DNA from: Macrostomum lignano
Lineage: Eukaryota
Reading direction: 5' to 3'
Assembly (NCBI GenBank): GCA_002269645.1
Contig: NIVC01001391.1
Location: 234,016-298,015, forward strand
Length of the DNA: 64,000 bases
A program made the position numbers and the translations under genes. This document shows, one piece after another, positions 50,501-63,776 of this stretch (positions are counted from its first letter, which is position 1; each line of letters opens with the position of its first letter). The notes under the pieces are model-generated. The model saw only the letters and a list, made by a program, of their open reading frames with translations. It searched no databases and was not told the origin of the DNA.

Positions 50501-53500
50501 GCTAGCGCCAATTTGAATACAGCTGGCGCAGATTTAAATACAGCTAGCGCCAATTTGAATACAGCTGGCGCAGATTTAAATACAGCTAGCGCCAATTTGA
50601 ATACAGATGGCGCCAATTTAAATACAGATGGCGCCAATTTAAATACAGCTGGCGCCAAAGTAAATACAGATGGCGCCAATTTAAATACAGCTGGCGCCAA
50701 AGTAAATACAGATGGCGCCAATTTAAATACAGCTGGCGCCAAAGTAAATACAGATGGCGCCAATTTAAATACAGATGGCGCCAATTTAAATACAGCTGGC
50801 GCCAAAGTAAATACAAATGGCGCCAATTTAAATACAGCTGGCGCCAAAGTAAATACAAATGGCGCCAATTTAAATACAGCTGGCGCCAATTTAAATACAG
50901 CTGGCGCCAAAGTAAATACAGATGGCGCCAATTTAAATACAGCTGGCGCCAAGCAAAGGCTACGGGGTGCCTGAGACATGGTAGGAACGTTGATTTAAAG
51001 GCAGCCACCCGTGTCAAGCAAATGATTTAAGAAAAAAAATTTCGCTGACTGGCAAAATTCACTCTGATTTCTACCCAATATCGCCAGTTCGACCTGTTCG
51101 ACCCGTCCTCTCCGATACTCCGCACTGCAGATGCCTCGCCATCACGCGGCCGCTGTCAACGCTGAAGTCGTCACGGCCGAATCTGGTGCCACGGCTCGGC
51201 CTGGGCGCCATCTGGCTGCTGGCCAGTAAGTCTCCGCTGCCGATCCCAACTCCTGTTGGGGACTGGGAGAATCTCATATGAGAATCGCCCCTCCTTAGAA
51301 TCATTACGAAAATCTCATATGAGAATCGCCCCCTCCTTAGAATCATTGGAAGAATCTCATATGAGAATCGCCCCCACAATAGAATCATTAGGAGAATCTC
51401 ATATGAGAATCGCCCCCACAATAGAATCATTAGGAGAATCTCATATGAGAATCACCCCCCCGTATAATCATCAGGAGAATCTCATATGAGAATCGCCCCC
51501 ACAATAGAATCATTAGGAGAATCTCATATGAGAATCACCCCCCCCCGTATAATCATCAGGAGAATCTCATATGAGAATCGCCCCCACAATAGAATCATTA
51601 GGAGAATCTCATATGAGAATCGCCCCCCGTAGAATCATCAGGAGAATCTCATATGAGAATCGCCCCCACAATAGAATCATTAGGAGAATCTCATATGAGA
51701 ATCGCCCGCCGTAGAGTCATCAGGAGAATCTCATATGAGAATCGCCCCCTCCTTAGAATCATTACGAGAATCTCATATGAGAATCGCCCCCGTAGAATCA
51801 TTAGGAGAATCAAGCCTTAAAAGCGAGCGCCTGTCGACACAAAATTGAAAAGTGCAAATGTTTCAGCATCCTTGCAGTTGCCATGACTCCCCACAATGCG
51901 TACAGAAGTCTGCCCGACGCGTCACAAAAGCCCAGTTAGAGTTGCAGTAAAAAGCCATGTTCCTAAATATCCAGCCGCCTACCTGGCACTTCGCGTCTCT
52001 CCTGGGGGCGCGCAGCTTCGCACTTCATCAATTTTCCTAGCAGCTGACGCGATCGAGAAGCCGTGAAAAGCGCCAGTTAGCAGTGCATTGAATTTCGCAA
52101 ACAATTTCCAATGCAGCGCGCCCGAAAATTTATGTTGCTGAGCGCGAGAAATTCCACGCAAAGTTGTCTGGGGGATTTTTTTACAGCAAATTTCAACTTG
52201 CAGCAGCAGCATTCAAGCTCTCGTCAACATATTCACCGATTCTGTTGTGAATGTGAACAGAGCGAGTTGCCCTGTGGCTTGTCAGAAAGACATGTGACTG
52301 CCAGCCATGTGACTGCCAGCCATGTGACTGCCAGACATGTGACTGCCAGCCATGTGACTGCCAGACATGTGACTGCCAGCCATGTGACTGCCAGACATGT
52401 GACTGCCAGCCATTTGACTGTCAGCCATGTGACTGCCAGACATGTGACTGCCAGCCATGTGACTGTCAGCCATGTGACTGCCAGCCATGTGACTGTCAGA
52501 CATGTGACTGCCAGCCATGTGACTACTAGCCATGTGACTGCCAGCCATGTGACTGTCAGCCATGTGAATTCAATGTGCTTCATTCACGCCTTGTTTACAA
52601 AACGCTGTTCACACCAAGGCAGTGAATGGTTGATCTTAAGAATTTTTCACTGGGCCGCTGGGATTCTGGATCGATACAGCTGCTCTGCACTGGGCTGCGT
52701 GGTTCGATCAGCCGGATCGGATTACTCGAGCTCTGATCGAGTAGCCATCGCATTTTCCCTACTTACTTCGTTACTAAAATTCTTTTTTGTCGATTTGTGA
52801 AACCCGATCTCGAGGGTTTGATGAATCTGACTTGGACTGACGTTGCGAGAGGGCGCAGATCCAAAACCGGAAAATTTTGACTGGAATGCTGATACCCTTG
52901 TGAGGCCAGAAGATGGACACAAAAGGCGTTTAAACAGCCCCGAGCCATGGCCAGTGGCTGCTCTCCCATGGCTCCAAGGACTGCTAAATCCACAACGATG
53001 ACTCCCAAGGATCCTTGGATCGATAAAATAGGACTGTTGAGCTATAAAATTGTGAATTTAAAAGTATTTGAAAGTATTTGATAGTTGATCTATAGGAAAT
53101 TTATTCTTTGCAGTGTACAAAACACTAGCTTTGCAGTGTACAAAACACTAGCTTTGCAGTGTACAAAACACTAGCTTTGCAGTGTACAAAACACCAGCTT
53201 TGCAGTGTACAAAACACTAGCTTTTCAGTGTACAAAACACTAGCTTTGCAGTGTACAAAACACCAGCTTTGCAGTGTACAAAACACTAGCTTTGCAGTGT
53301 ACAAAACACCAGATTTGCAGTGTACAAAACACTAGCTTTGCAGTGTACAAAACACCAGATTTGCAGTGTACAAAACACTAGCTTTGCAGGGTACAAAACA
53401 CTAGCTTCGTAGTGTACAAAACACTAGCTTTGCAGGGTACAAAACACTAACTTCGTAGTGTACAAAACACTGACTCTGCAGTGTACAAAACACTAGCTTT

Positions 53501-56353
53501 GCAGTGTACAAAACACTAGCTTTGCAGTGTACAAAACACCAGCTTTGCAGTGTACAAAACACCAGCTTTGCAGTGTACAAAACACCAGCTTCGTAGTGTA
53601 CAAAAGAAAATGTTTGTTATGTTTTGGAGCAGAGCAATTGAACAAAGATTTTCAATAAAATTTAGGTCTCAATGAAATCAACGCAATCCTTGCTCATTAA
53701 TTAATGAAAAAACTCGCTTTTTGAGGTTGTTTTGAAAAATAATAAAATTTTATGAGCACCAACTGAACCTCAGGCAATTAAAGAAAGCGCAAATACCTAC
53801 CCAGCTATTCCCTAATGAGGCAAAAAATCCAAATGCATTCGTTGTTTAATCCAGGTACTTTGTTGATTCTGCTTATCTCTCTCTGTGTCATGCGCGTTTG
53901 CATCGGGGAATTCTGTTCCAGGATCCCAGGATTTAGCATAGGTGCAAATACCTGCCATCCAGGATCCCAGGATTTAGCATAGGTGCAAATACCTGCCATC
54001 CAGGATCCCAGGATTTAGCATAGGTGCAAATACCTGCCATCCAGGATCCCAGGATTTAGCATAGGTGCAAATACCTGCCATCCAGGATCCCAGGATTTAG
54101 CATAGGTGCAAATACCTGCCATCCAGGATCCCAGGATTTAGCATAGGTGCAAATACCTGCCATCCAGGATCCCAGGATTTAGCATAGGTGCAAATACCTG
54201 CCATCCAGGATCCCAGGATTTAGCATAGGTGCAAATACCTGCCATCCAGGATCCCAGGATTTAGCATAGGTGCAAATACCTGCCATCCAGGATCCCAGGA
54301 TTTAGCATAGGTGCAAATACCTGCCATCCAGGATCCCAGGATTTAGCATAGGTGCAAATACCTGCCATCCAGGATCCCAGGATTTAGCATAGGTGCAAAT
54401 ACCTGCCATCCAGGATCCCAGGATTTAGCATAGGTGCAAATACCTGCCATCCAGGATCCCAGGATTTAGCATAGGTGCAAATACCTGCCATCCAGGATCC
54501 CAGGATTTAGCATAGGTGCAAATACCTGCCACCGCCCGCAGCTGCCCTCGCCGTGCCATACGCTGTCGGCTCGCACATCGAGACCAACCTGCACCAGCTT
54601 CCGCATGGCAACTGCCTGGCCGTGCGCAGCTGCTTCCCGTTCCCCAGGGAGTGGGGCTCGGGCTACAGCCGCGCCATGCGCATCCTCAAGCTGCTGGCCT
54701 ACTATGCCGTGCCCGGCCTGCTCACTGTGCTCTTCTACGGCCTCATGGCCGGCCGGCTGCTCCGCTCGGCCAGGCAGCACGGCCAGGCCAACAGCTCAAC
54801 GGCCGGCCATGCCGAGGGTCGCCGGAAGCTGGCCAAGCTGGTGCTGTGCCTGGCCCTCGTGTTCTTCATCGCCTGGGGACCGGATCACGCTATCACGCTT
54901 TACTTTTTCATGGCTAAGCAGGTTAGCGGCTCGTTCCTGCGATTCAAGATGATTGCGAAGGTGAGTGTCGCTGGCACTTTAAGTTAACTGGTGGGGCACC
55001 AATTTGCAATTGCGAGGCATCGATTACAAAGTTGAATGTCCGTTTCAAAATGGAATTTGAAGAGTTGTCCATTTTACGACTGGTGTCCATGTCCACTTCT
55101 AGACAGGTGTCCATCTTAAGACACGTGTCCATTTCTAGACAGGTGTCCACTTCTAGACAGGTGTCCACTTCTAGACAGGTGTCCACTTAAAGACAGGTGT
55201 CCATCTTAAGACAGGTGTCCACTTCAAGACAGGTGTCCACTTCTAAACAGGTGTCCACTTCAAGACAGGTGTCCACTTCTAGACAGGTGTCCACTTCAAG
55301 ACAGGTGTCCATTTCAAGTCAGCTGTCCACTTCAAGACAGAGTTGGCCACTTCAAGACAGCGTTGTCCAATTTAAGACAGATTTCCACCTTAAGACAGGT
55401 GTCCACTTCAAGACAAGTGTCCATTTCAAGTCAGGTGTCCACTTCAAGACAGATGTCCACTTCTAGACAGATGTCCACTTCTAGACAGGTGTCCACTTCA
55501 AGACAGGTGTCCACTTCAAGACAGGTGTCCACTTCAAGACAGGTGTCCATTTCAAGTCAGCTGTCCACTTCAAGACAGCGTTGTCCAATTTAAGACAGAT
55601 TTCCACTTTAAGACACATGTCCAATTTAAGACAGATGTCCACTTTAAGACAGGTGTCCACTTCAAGGCAGATGTCCACTTCAAGACAGATGTCCACTTTA
55701 GAGCTGAATGTCCACTTCAAGACACAGTTGTCCACTTTAAGACACATGTCCATTTCAAGACAGATGTCCGCTTTAGGACAGAGTTGTCCACTCCAAGACA
55801 GGTATCCACTTTAGAGCTAATGTCTGCTTCAAGACAGAGGTGTCCGCTTCAGGATGGCAGGTATCTACATGTACTTCCAGAGAGACGTATACTTTCTTAG
55901 GCGGGGACATCAGTTCAAGACGCGGAGAGGCATTCAAAATTTGTTGAATAGAGCATCAGCAAATGCTTGACGAAGCTCCGACTCTGCAACCGCCCGCAGC
56001 TGCTGCCATCCGCCTATTCGGCCAGCAACCCGGTGACTCTGTGCATCATCAGCAAGCGCTTCCGGGCTCACTTCCTCCAGGTGATCACCTGCGGCAGGCG
56101 GGCCGTCAATGAGGGCGGTACAACTGGCGCCGGAACCCAGTACCGATCTGGCGCCGGGTACCGCACCGGTCGGGCCGGCCGAAACTCGACGGCTCTGCTG
56201 ACGAGCGTGGCGGTGGTGGCGCGGCGGCAGCTGCTTCTGAAAAGGCAATTCCGCTGCTGCCAATTCGCGGCGATGGCAGGCGGGAATCCCGCGACTACTG
56301 AGAAGCAGCGGACTGACCGAGAGCACATTGCTCACTTTTTCTCTGTACTATGA
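47560..56353 (+). CDS. Class A neuropeptide GPCR, bombesin/CCHamide/endothelin-B-like, ~408 aa. Exons 47560-47918, 51131-51225, 54542-54960, 56000-56353
   Basis: GN in TM1, PNLFISNLAVAD in TM2, TVGVSVYTLLAMAIDR in TM3, RRKLAKLVL...FFIAWGPDH in TM6, SNPVTLCIISKRFRAHF in TM7/H8. Phases 2/1/0 are compatible; 1227 nt. Confidence 0.9.
50335..50950. repeat. 21-bp minisatellite in GPCR intron 1
   Basis: Unit GCCAATTTAAATACAGCTGGC. Confidence 0.95.
51270..51810. repeat. 37-38-bp minisatellite in GPCR intron 2
   Basis: Unit GAGAATCTCATATGAGAATCGCCCCCACAATAGAATCATTAG-like, with the 12-bp palindrome TCTCATATGAGA. Confidence 0.95.
52290..52566. repeat. 15-bp minisatellite in GPCR intron 2
   Basis: Unit CATGTGACTGCCAGC. 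Confidence 0.95.
53105..53605. repeat. 23-bp minisatellite in GPCR intron 2
   Basis: Unit GCAGTGTACAAAACACTAGCTTT. Confidence 0.95.
53917..54530. repeat. 41-bp homogeneous minisatellite (~15 copies) abutting the GPCR exon 3 acceptor
   Basis: Unit CCAGGATCCCAGGATTTAGCATAGGTGCAAATACCTGCCAT; copies look identical. Confidence 0.97.
55085..55850. repeat. 18-bp minisatellite in GPCR intron 3
   Basis: Unit AGACAGGTGTCCACTTCA with variants. Confidence 0.95.
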
Positions 56354-57712
56354 CCAGCGGAACTTTGAATGCCAGATTGTAATTACAGGGCATTCATGTT
56401 TCTCCGAGTAATAATTAGGGCGCCACGATGGACTTCTGGGGCGGCCCGTGACATTGCGGCACCTCCTGACGCCCAGCAGCAGCCGAAGCGGCAAGCTGAA
56501 CCATAGGCTTAAGGGTGTTTGATTTATGGTTTGCGCCCGCAGTGAGCAAATGCTCCTCAACTCTACAAACCTATGCATGATGAAGTTTTCGACGATGTGA
56601 ATTTATAATAGCACCCCCTCGCTGCTTGTGCGATCTTTTAGGCAAAAAATGCTATATTTGACATGCATACGTGAATTAATAGTTGCAAGACTGTAATTAC
56701 ATTAGCCGGTCAAGTGAGTGTCCGGCATCTGCACATGCACATTTCGATGCTGATGTCCCTAAGGAGAGAGGGTCATTCAGTTTGCTGGCACCATGCTTCA
56801 ACTTTGCATACGCTGTATATCATTATCGGCAGTTTTATAAAAGACAAAAACCCGTCTCGAAACCCTCATAATTATGAGAACGAGCTGATGTCCCACTGCT
56901 TCGAATATTCGTCCATAAAGTCACAAAAAATAACTCGTATTCATGTGCATGCAACCGAATCTATATAGGACAACTGTTGTACTGCAGTAACTTGTCGAAC
57001 TTGCAATTCTATATACTTTTGCCCTCGTTTATTATTGTCCTTCAATGCCCTGCATGCTCTACTTGAGGACACCGGCGCACAGTAGCGCTAAACGACTATG
57101 TTTATGATTATGAATTTTTGATAGCACTTTGAGCACCGAAACATCAGCACTAATTGATGGACGATTTTTCCCATCGATTCAATTCTCCCCATCCATATTT
57201 TATGCTGCTGCGCCCGAACACAGACGCGACATCCAGACTTCAAAGTGCTGCGCGTTGCTCGATCTCTGCGATGAAGGACGCGAAACCCAATGATCTGCTA
57301 TTCCTACTAGCGAACCAAACCATTCACCTCTTCGCTTACAGACACAACAGACAGACTGGCATGCACCTCACAATGATAAGCGTTATTACTAAAATATAAA
57401 TAGTTATAGAATCGCACCGCTTTCACTGTCACCGCACAACAGCAGCTTCGACAATAAAGACAAGCACAAATAACAAAAACTATTATAATTTGAATTATTT
57501 AAGAAATTCAATTTACACAATTAATGCAGTTTGCTTTGATTTTTTCAATTTGTATTTTATTCTACGCACTATCGTTCAGTTTTGTTTAAAAAATGCAACA
57601 ATTTTTTATATACGCATAACTATGGATGGACAGGGGGGGGGGTTTCTAACAGAAAAACCAGCTGATTAATCCCTATAAACATTCCTCAATCAAAGCGAGG
57701 CAAGGCAAAACA

Positions 57713-57820
<108 letters not shown>

Positions 57821-58326
57821 GGATTGACGATGTCTGCTAACAAGCACGTAATATTAACCTAATTGGGAATTAATATGACTGACACCGTGGTGCCAGTTAG
57901 TAGCGGGTTTTACACATTGGGAGTCAAAATTTGTTAGCAAAATATCTGCTGCCGAAGCTGCATTAAGCTGTGGCAAAGTTATCATTTATGATGTATGGGG
58001 TGCCAACTTTGGAATCATAGGGCATTTTCAGCTGTCTGTCTGTCAGTCTGTTTATCTATCCATCTATCTATTCGGAAGTCGGGCCAAACCAAAAGTCGCG
58101 TTTTGAGGCAGTTTACCCTGACAAAAGCCACATAAAAACTATTTTTAGAAGGCCGATATTGAGAATGTTGAGCGACCCATCTAGACTGGTGTATAGCCTA
58201 TATGCGTGTTATATTAGTCGGGTATAGCCCCTGGCAATGCTACCCATACAATCAATTGGTTGGGAAAAAAGTTAAACAAGTCAGTATTAGCGGCTTCCAT
58301 CAGCTGGCAGGCAATGCGCCGGCTAA

Positions 58327-58617
58327 TCACGTGACCACAGGCCGCAACGGATCGGCCTGCAGCCGGCTCAAGTCCATGCGCCTCTCAACCTCGGGATCGA
58401 GCTCCCCAACCAGACTCACATTGTCGCCACGGATGACATACAGGCCGAGGGGAACAGCCTCCACGGGACTGTTAGCTGAGAACACTCTCTCGACTGAGTC
58501 CTCCAGGATCAAGTTGATGGCATTGTCAAAGCCACGGAGGATGCCAATGATGACACGGCCATCAGCCGTGATCACTGACACCTGCTGTTTAATCATCGTC
58601 TCCAGCAAGGTTGCCAT
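58327..58617 (-). CDS. LSM8: U6 snRNA-associated Sm-like protein LSm8, 96 aa, intronless CDS
   Basis: VSVITADGRVIIGILRGFDNAINLILEDSVERVFS...LGLYVIRGDNV matches the LSm8 Sm1/Sm2 motifs, and the length is typical. Confidence 0.93.
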   Translation of the reverse strand: MATLLETMIKQQVSVITADGRVIIGILRGFDNAINLILEDSVERVFSANSPVEAVPLGLYVIRGDNVSLVGELDPEVERRMDLSRLQADPLRPVVT

Positions 58618-59064
58618 GATGCTGAAGGTGGGGTAAGCAAGGCATTGTGCTAATTTATTGTCATATTAAAAAATCTTACTTTCCTACTAACAATAACCTA
58701 AATATTCACAGTTTTCTTAAATGTTTGGCTTGAAAATTAATGATTAATTTTATAAGTTTCCATAGAATAATTAATATATGTAAAAACACACTTAAAATAT
58801 AAATTTCTATACTTAGCAATACTATAGTTAGGCCAGCATTAATTATATATAAGAATCTAATCAAGGCACAAAACTATCATCTCTAGCACTCACAGATGGT
58901 TAAGAAATAGTAGAAACAGGCAGATTTAGAAATATAAAATGAGGGATGGATTTTAATCAAAAGAGTAAGGGTGCCATAATATAGCCAAGAGGGGCACTAT
59001 AATATTAGACTGAGGGGAGTGGGGACCCTTTTTAGCCCAAAGGACAAGGGCACCATTATCACCA

Positions 59065-59416
59065 ACTACAAGTAAAGGCAAGGTTTGGCCACCCCTTGCC
59101 TTACTTAAATCTGTTAATTTTTAAAATAAACAATAAATAATTTTAATTTTAATTTTAATAATAAAAAACAAGCCTATATAGAATAAAATGTTGGTTATTT
59201 AGCATTCTATTTTGATAATTGCATTCTATTTGCATTCTAAGCTTTGTTAACTAGAATCCAAATTCATGATATCAATATAAAGTGATTGAAGTCTTATAAG
59301 AGCTAAATGCAAATTTGATATATAAAATAGTAAAATACTATTAAGGATAAATCCCAAGTCTAGATTTCTTACATAGCCAAAAATTGAGCATCATATGCTT
59401 TGCCTTTACTTGTAGT
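59065..59416. mobile_element. Putative MITE, ~350 bp
   Basis: 17-bp inverted repeat ACTACAAGTAAAGGCAA (59065-59081) / TTGCCTTTACTTGTAGT (59400-59416); could be a TA TSD plus a CAAGTAAAGGCA TIR; AT-rich interior. Confidence 0.5.
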
Positions 59417-61219
59417 AATACTCTAGTGTATAAATAAAATTAAAGAAATAAAAAAATAAATAGAACTAATTATATAGCCAAGATATATCAAATTAAAATC
59501 AGGGTCATGATATGCTTTAATCAGTATTGTCACTAATAGATTTTCCATTAGAACTATAAACTATAAAGTATAGATAAGAGAGTTTGTATATTAATGAATA
59601 CATTATTTCATTTGCTAGCCTATTTTTGTATAATTGATACAATGATATTACTGAGAAATTTAGGCCTATACAATCTACTAGATTTTTTGCTTTGGCAGAG
59701 TATTGAATTGGCAACATTAGCTATGCCTATGTTTATATAAAAAACTGATCCATAATATAGGAGCTGAACTATTTTTTTTGCTCTTGTTATTTATTTATTT
59801 ATTAAATAGACTATATATTTCAATATACACTTTTAAGATTATTTTTATTTATGGACCTATTTTTTATCTAGAATCTCCAGCTAGAAATGTTTTTAAAATA
59901 CTAAGTCTAGCCATATAAGCATTTTTAGCTTAGCAAAATAAGTGGCGCACGATCAAGACTGCCACAGCTCTTACTGGCTACTGGAATTGAGGGGGAGCTA
60001 CGAATCTTCCAGCATTGCTATTGGTTGTGATGGGTTATGGAGTTAGATGAGGAGGAAGTGTCCCAAGATTGGTCACAAATAAGTGGCCCAAAACAATTGC
60101 AAGTCAATCAAGGCAATTTTAACAATATCTCTAACAAAACTATAATTTGTTACTTTTAGCAATAGATAAGCATGAATATTGCTTTTGAGAGCAAAAGCTT
60201 GAGTAATTAGATTTAACTTCACTTTCAAAAAAGCGTCTCTCAAAATGCAATTGCAGGTTGCTGTAATTTGAAAAGTTTTTTTACCAGCTCGCACATTCGT
60301 ATATTTGGCGTCTGGGTGCATAGTGCATTATGGACAAACAAACCAACTCAGGACCACATTTGAAACTGCAAATTAAGAATGCAGTTAAGTCAAGAGCCTT
60401 TTTCACAGCTTTCTACTAATAGTAGCTGTTTAATTAGGATTGATAGTTCCTTTACAATTCAAATTGAATGAAAAAAACGAGGAGGGCTCACTTACCCACC
60501 CAGCCCGCTCACTGGTTCCTCTCTTGCGGCCTTGTTGTCCCCATCTCACCCTGCTCCCCCAGCACCATCCAATAACATGGCGAGCTAAATTCCTCCCCCT
60601 AGCTCCCCCAAGTGTGGCGGTCTTGGTGTGTGGCGGTCTTGGTCCTACACCAAATAAGTCAATAACAAATAAGACAAGGATTAAAGATCATCTATACTAC
60701 TTACTAGGATTAGCAATGCTAGGTTATTGCGAGGTTATTATCAAAAAAATCCAAATTTTGTATATTATCATTTATTTGTCTATCAAATTTGATTCTTTTT
60801 GTTTGTATAATTATTATTTGTTGTGTGATTTGATACAATGGTTTAAATGCTCAACTAGCCTCATCTGATAAGTGTGAATAAGCTTTAAGTCTTTACAAGT
60901 AAAAAGTCACAGGGTAAAAAGTCAACAAGTGACGCAAGGTATTAGTCCAAAGCAAGAGATTGAAATCACAATATACTAAATCTCTAATAGGTTTCTGAAT
61001 TCCTAATCTGGAAATGCCAGCAGACAAAAAGGCGGCAGACTTTTCATTTATGATGAAAAATAAGTTGGCGTCACTTTCGACGAAAATTTTCAAATATGAA
61101 CGAAACATAAATTTTAATAAAATAACTACAAGCTGATATAATTAAGCACCTCGTGTCACTAAAATAACTACATCTATAAATTTTATTTTTTATAAAAAAT
61201 AAATTGTGTCTGTAACAAA

Positions 61220-61303
61220 AGCAACTTGTCACCGAAACGACTATTTGTCACGAAAACGTCTGTTCCACAGAAACGAAGCTGTCACCGAAACGACCGGTAC
61301 CCT
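61220..61303. mobile_element. Possible DNA-transposon end with subterminal repeats
   Basis: Four or five short (TGTCAC)CGAAACGA-like units ending in CCGGTACCC; CpG-rich in a CpG-poor context; no partner end found. Confidence 0.3.
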
Positions 61304-61817
61304 TCTCTATCATGATAGGCCTAATAGGCTCATCTTCTATTATTAGCACCTGCTCTTGGGTATAGGTGTTTCTTGTCTCTTTTTAGCTAGTCCTACAGAT
61401 TTTTTACTTCTATATTAGTAAAGCTTAGCTAGCTTCAGGCTTCCTAAGTGTAAAATGGCCACAAAGGACTTAGCATCTTTGCTAGACAACTAGTATTATT
61501 AGCAGAATTAGAAGCAAGTTACTAGTATATTGGCTTCTTGTGAAAATTAAATTGTATCTAGTTTCATCTTCATCTACCTATGTAAATCTTGCTGCAAGTG
61601 CTTGCTTTGTCTTGACAATATGCTGACCTTTGATTGATTCTAAGCAGGTAAAGTAGCCTAGCAGATTCTTCTTTGTAGGTTCTCCTTCCAATTACCCTTC
61701 TAGCTCCCAAAACTGGGATAATAGGCCTACCGCCTATATAATAGAACTTGAAGGCATCTAGCCATCTCAGCTAATAGACTTGTCAAATTGACAATTAACT
61801 AATATAAGTAATTGGCA

Positions 61818-61922
61818 ATCTTCAAGTTTCGTTCGTTTAATTATTTCCGGAATTATTTCGCCCTCTATTCAAGGGTGGTGGGGGGGGGTGGTGTTGGAAT
61901 TAAACGAACGAAACTTGAAGAT
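61818..61922. mobile_element. Tiny MITE or fold-back, 105 bp
   Basis: Perfect 25-bp inverted repeats ATCTTCAAGTTTCGTTCGTTTAATT / AATTAAACGAACGAAACTTGAAGAT; no clear TSD. Confidence 0.65.
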
Positions 61923-63776
61923 ACCCAAGTAATTAATAAGGCAGAAAAGAAATGAAGCAGAGGACAAGGACAAGGGCCAAAGCCACGGTCTGCGGTCATT
62001 TTGTCTGCTGCCTTTTCGTCTGCCAAAGAATTTTAGCAGACGAAACGACTTTTTTATTTATGTTTATTTTGGTTCACTTATTTAGTATTTTTATGTAGGG
62101 AATTAAAATAAATTAGTATAAGCAAGTTTTAAGTATGTTTTCTTATTTATTTATATTAATATAATGAATAGATTAGCTGAATTATCTATGATCAATTAAT
62201 AGTTACAATAGTTTGTGGGAAAAAGCATAGACATAGTAGACAAATTGAGTCAACTAAATTGAAAAGTACAAGGCTGAATTGCAAAACAGAAAGTAGGCCT
62301 ACAAATATTTGGTAGTTAGAAATATGATAAGACTGAAGGTTGTCTACTCATAGGAAAAGTGCTAGTGCTAGAAGGCTAGGTCTGCTTATTTTTGTTAGTA
62401 ATAATAATATAGTATTTTATAATAAAAGACTAACAAAAGACTATTATTAATTGAATGAGTATAATTATAAACTAGAAAAAATTTTCTACTTAATATACAA
62501 TTAGCACTTATATTTGTACCAAATCATAAATTATCTCATAATTGACAATGTTTTGCAATATAGAGAGTAATTTGTTTTGCATATCATTTTTATAGACATT
62601 ACTTATAGTAAAGTAATAAGAAAATTGTAGTTGTTTAAAACTTAGTAATTAATAAAATGGCATTTCTTAAGGACCCCTTAGTCTTATCACGACACAACAT
62701 ATTTATATTTAAATAATAAAATGCAAGTGATTAGGTAGGCCCTAATTAATGGATAATATATATAACTAAAATAAAATCTATCAAAAATGGATTATTTTGA
62801 ATGTTTTTATTATTTAGTTTTAGCTTTTAAAGTCATTTATTGACATTCATTCATATTCATGATATATTCATGACATTCATATTGATTGACATTGGTAACT
62901 AGTTTATCTGATACTAAGTAGTGACTGAAAAGTGCTTAATTGATACTTTCATATAAATATATTGTATATAAATGTACTATTCATTTTTTATCTCTTCTAT
63001 ATGCTATATTCAAAAACCCTTATTGGCTCAAAAGATACTAGAAAATCAATGTAGGCTTTTAGCAACTTGTTTCAAAAATATACATGCCCAACCTCAAAAT
63101 TTCACCTGTCTAGTGCAACTTAGTTCCTCTCAATTGTGACTTAGTTCTCCCAATTGCAATTTAATTTTCACTTTGTATATTACTTTTCTTGCTTTTTTTC
63201 TGTTCTTCTCTCTCTCTTTCCCCTCTCTTTCTTTTCTCTCCTTTCTTTTTCTTTTCCTCCCCTTTCTTTCTTCTCTCATTTTTTTGTTTTTTTTTGAATT
63301 TTTGATTTTGCAACTTACCTTGGCCAGTGGCCATTTCAGCCATCTAGTTTGGATGGGTTGGATGAGTGTTGGGCATGTATGTTCAAAAATGATCATTTGT
63401 TATCTTTATCTTTTGGTTAGTCTTTTGAAGAGTTCACTTAATATACCTATTTAACATGATTAATAAGACTTTACTAACAAGACTGTAAAGTTAGAGCTAC
63501 AATATTGTGACAAAATTTTAATGTCTAGAATTCAAATAATTTGAAATTCTGAATTAGCATACTTGTACTATATATCTTGTTTCATCTTTCATTGTATTTT
63601 TATGACCTACCCTTGGTCTACCATAGCTTTGGCTAGTTGGGCTGGAAGTTGCACATTTTTTATATTTTTAACAAATTCAGATATGCCTGAAAAAAAATCT
63701 ACCGCATTATATGTAAACATCAATTGATATTTGAGCTTCTAATGTAGCTTTTATAGATTTGATCTCTTATCTTCAG

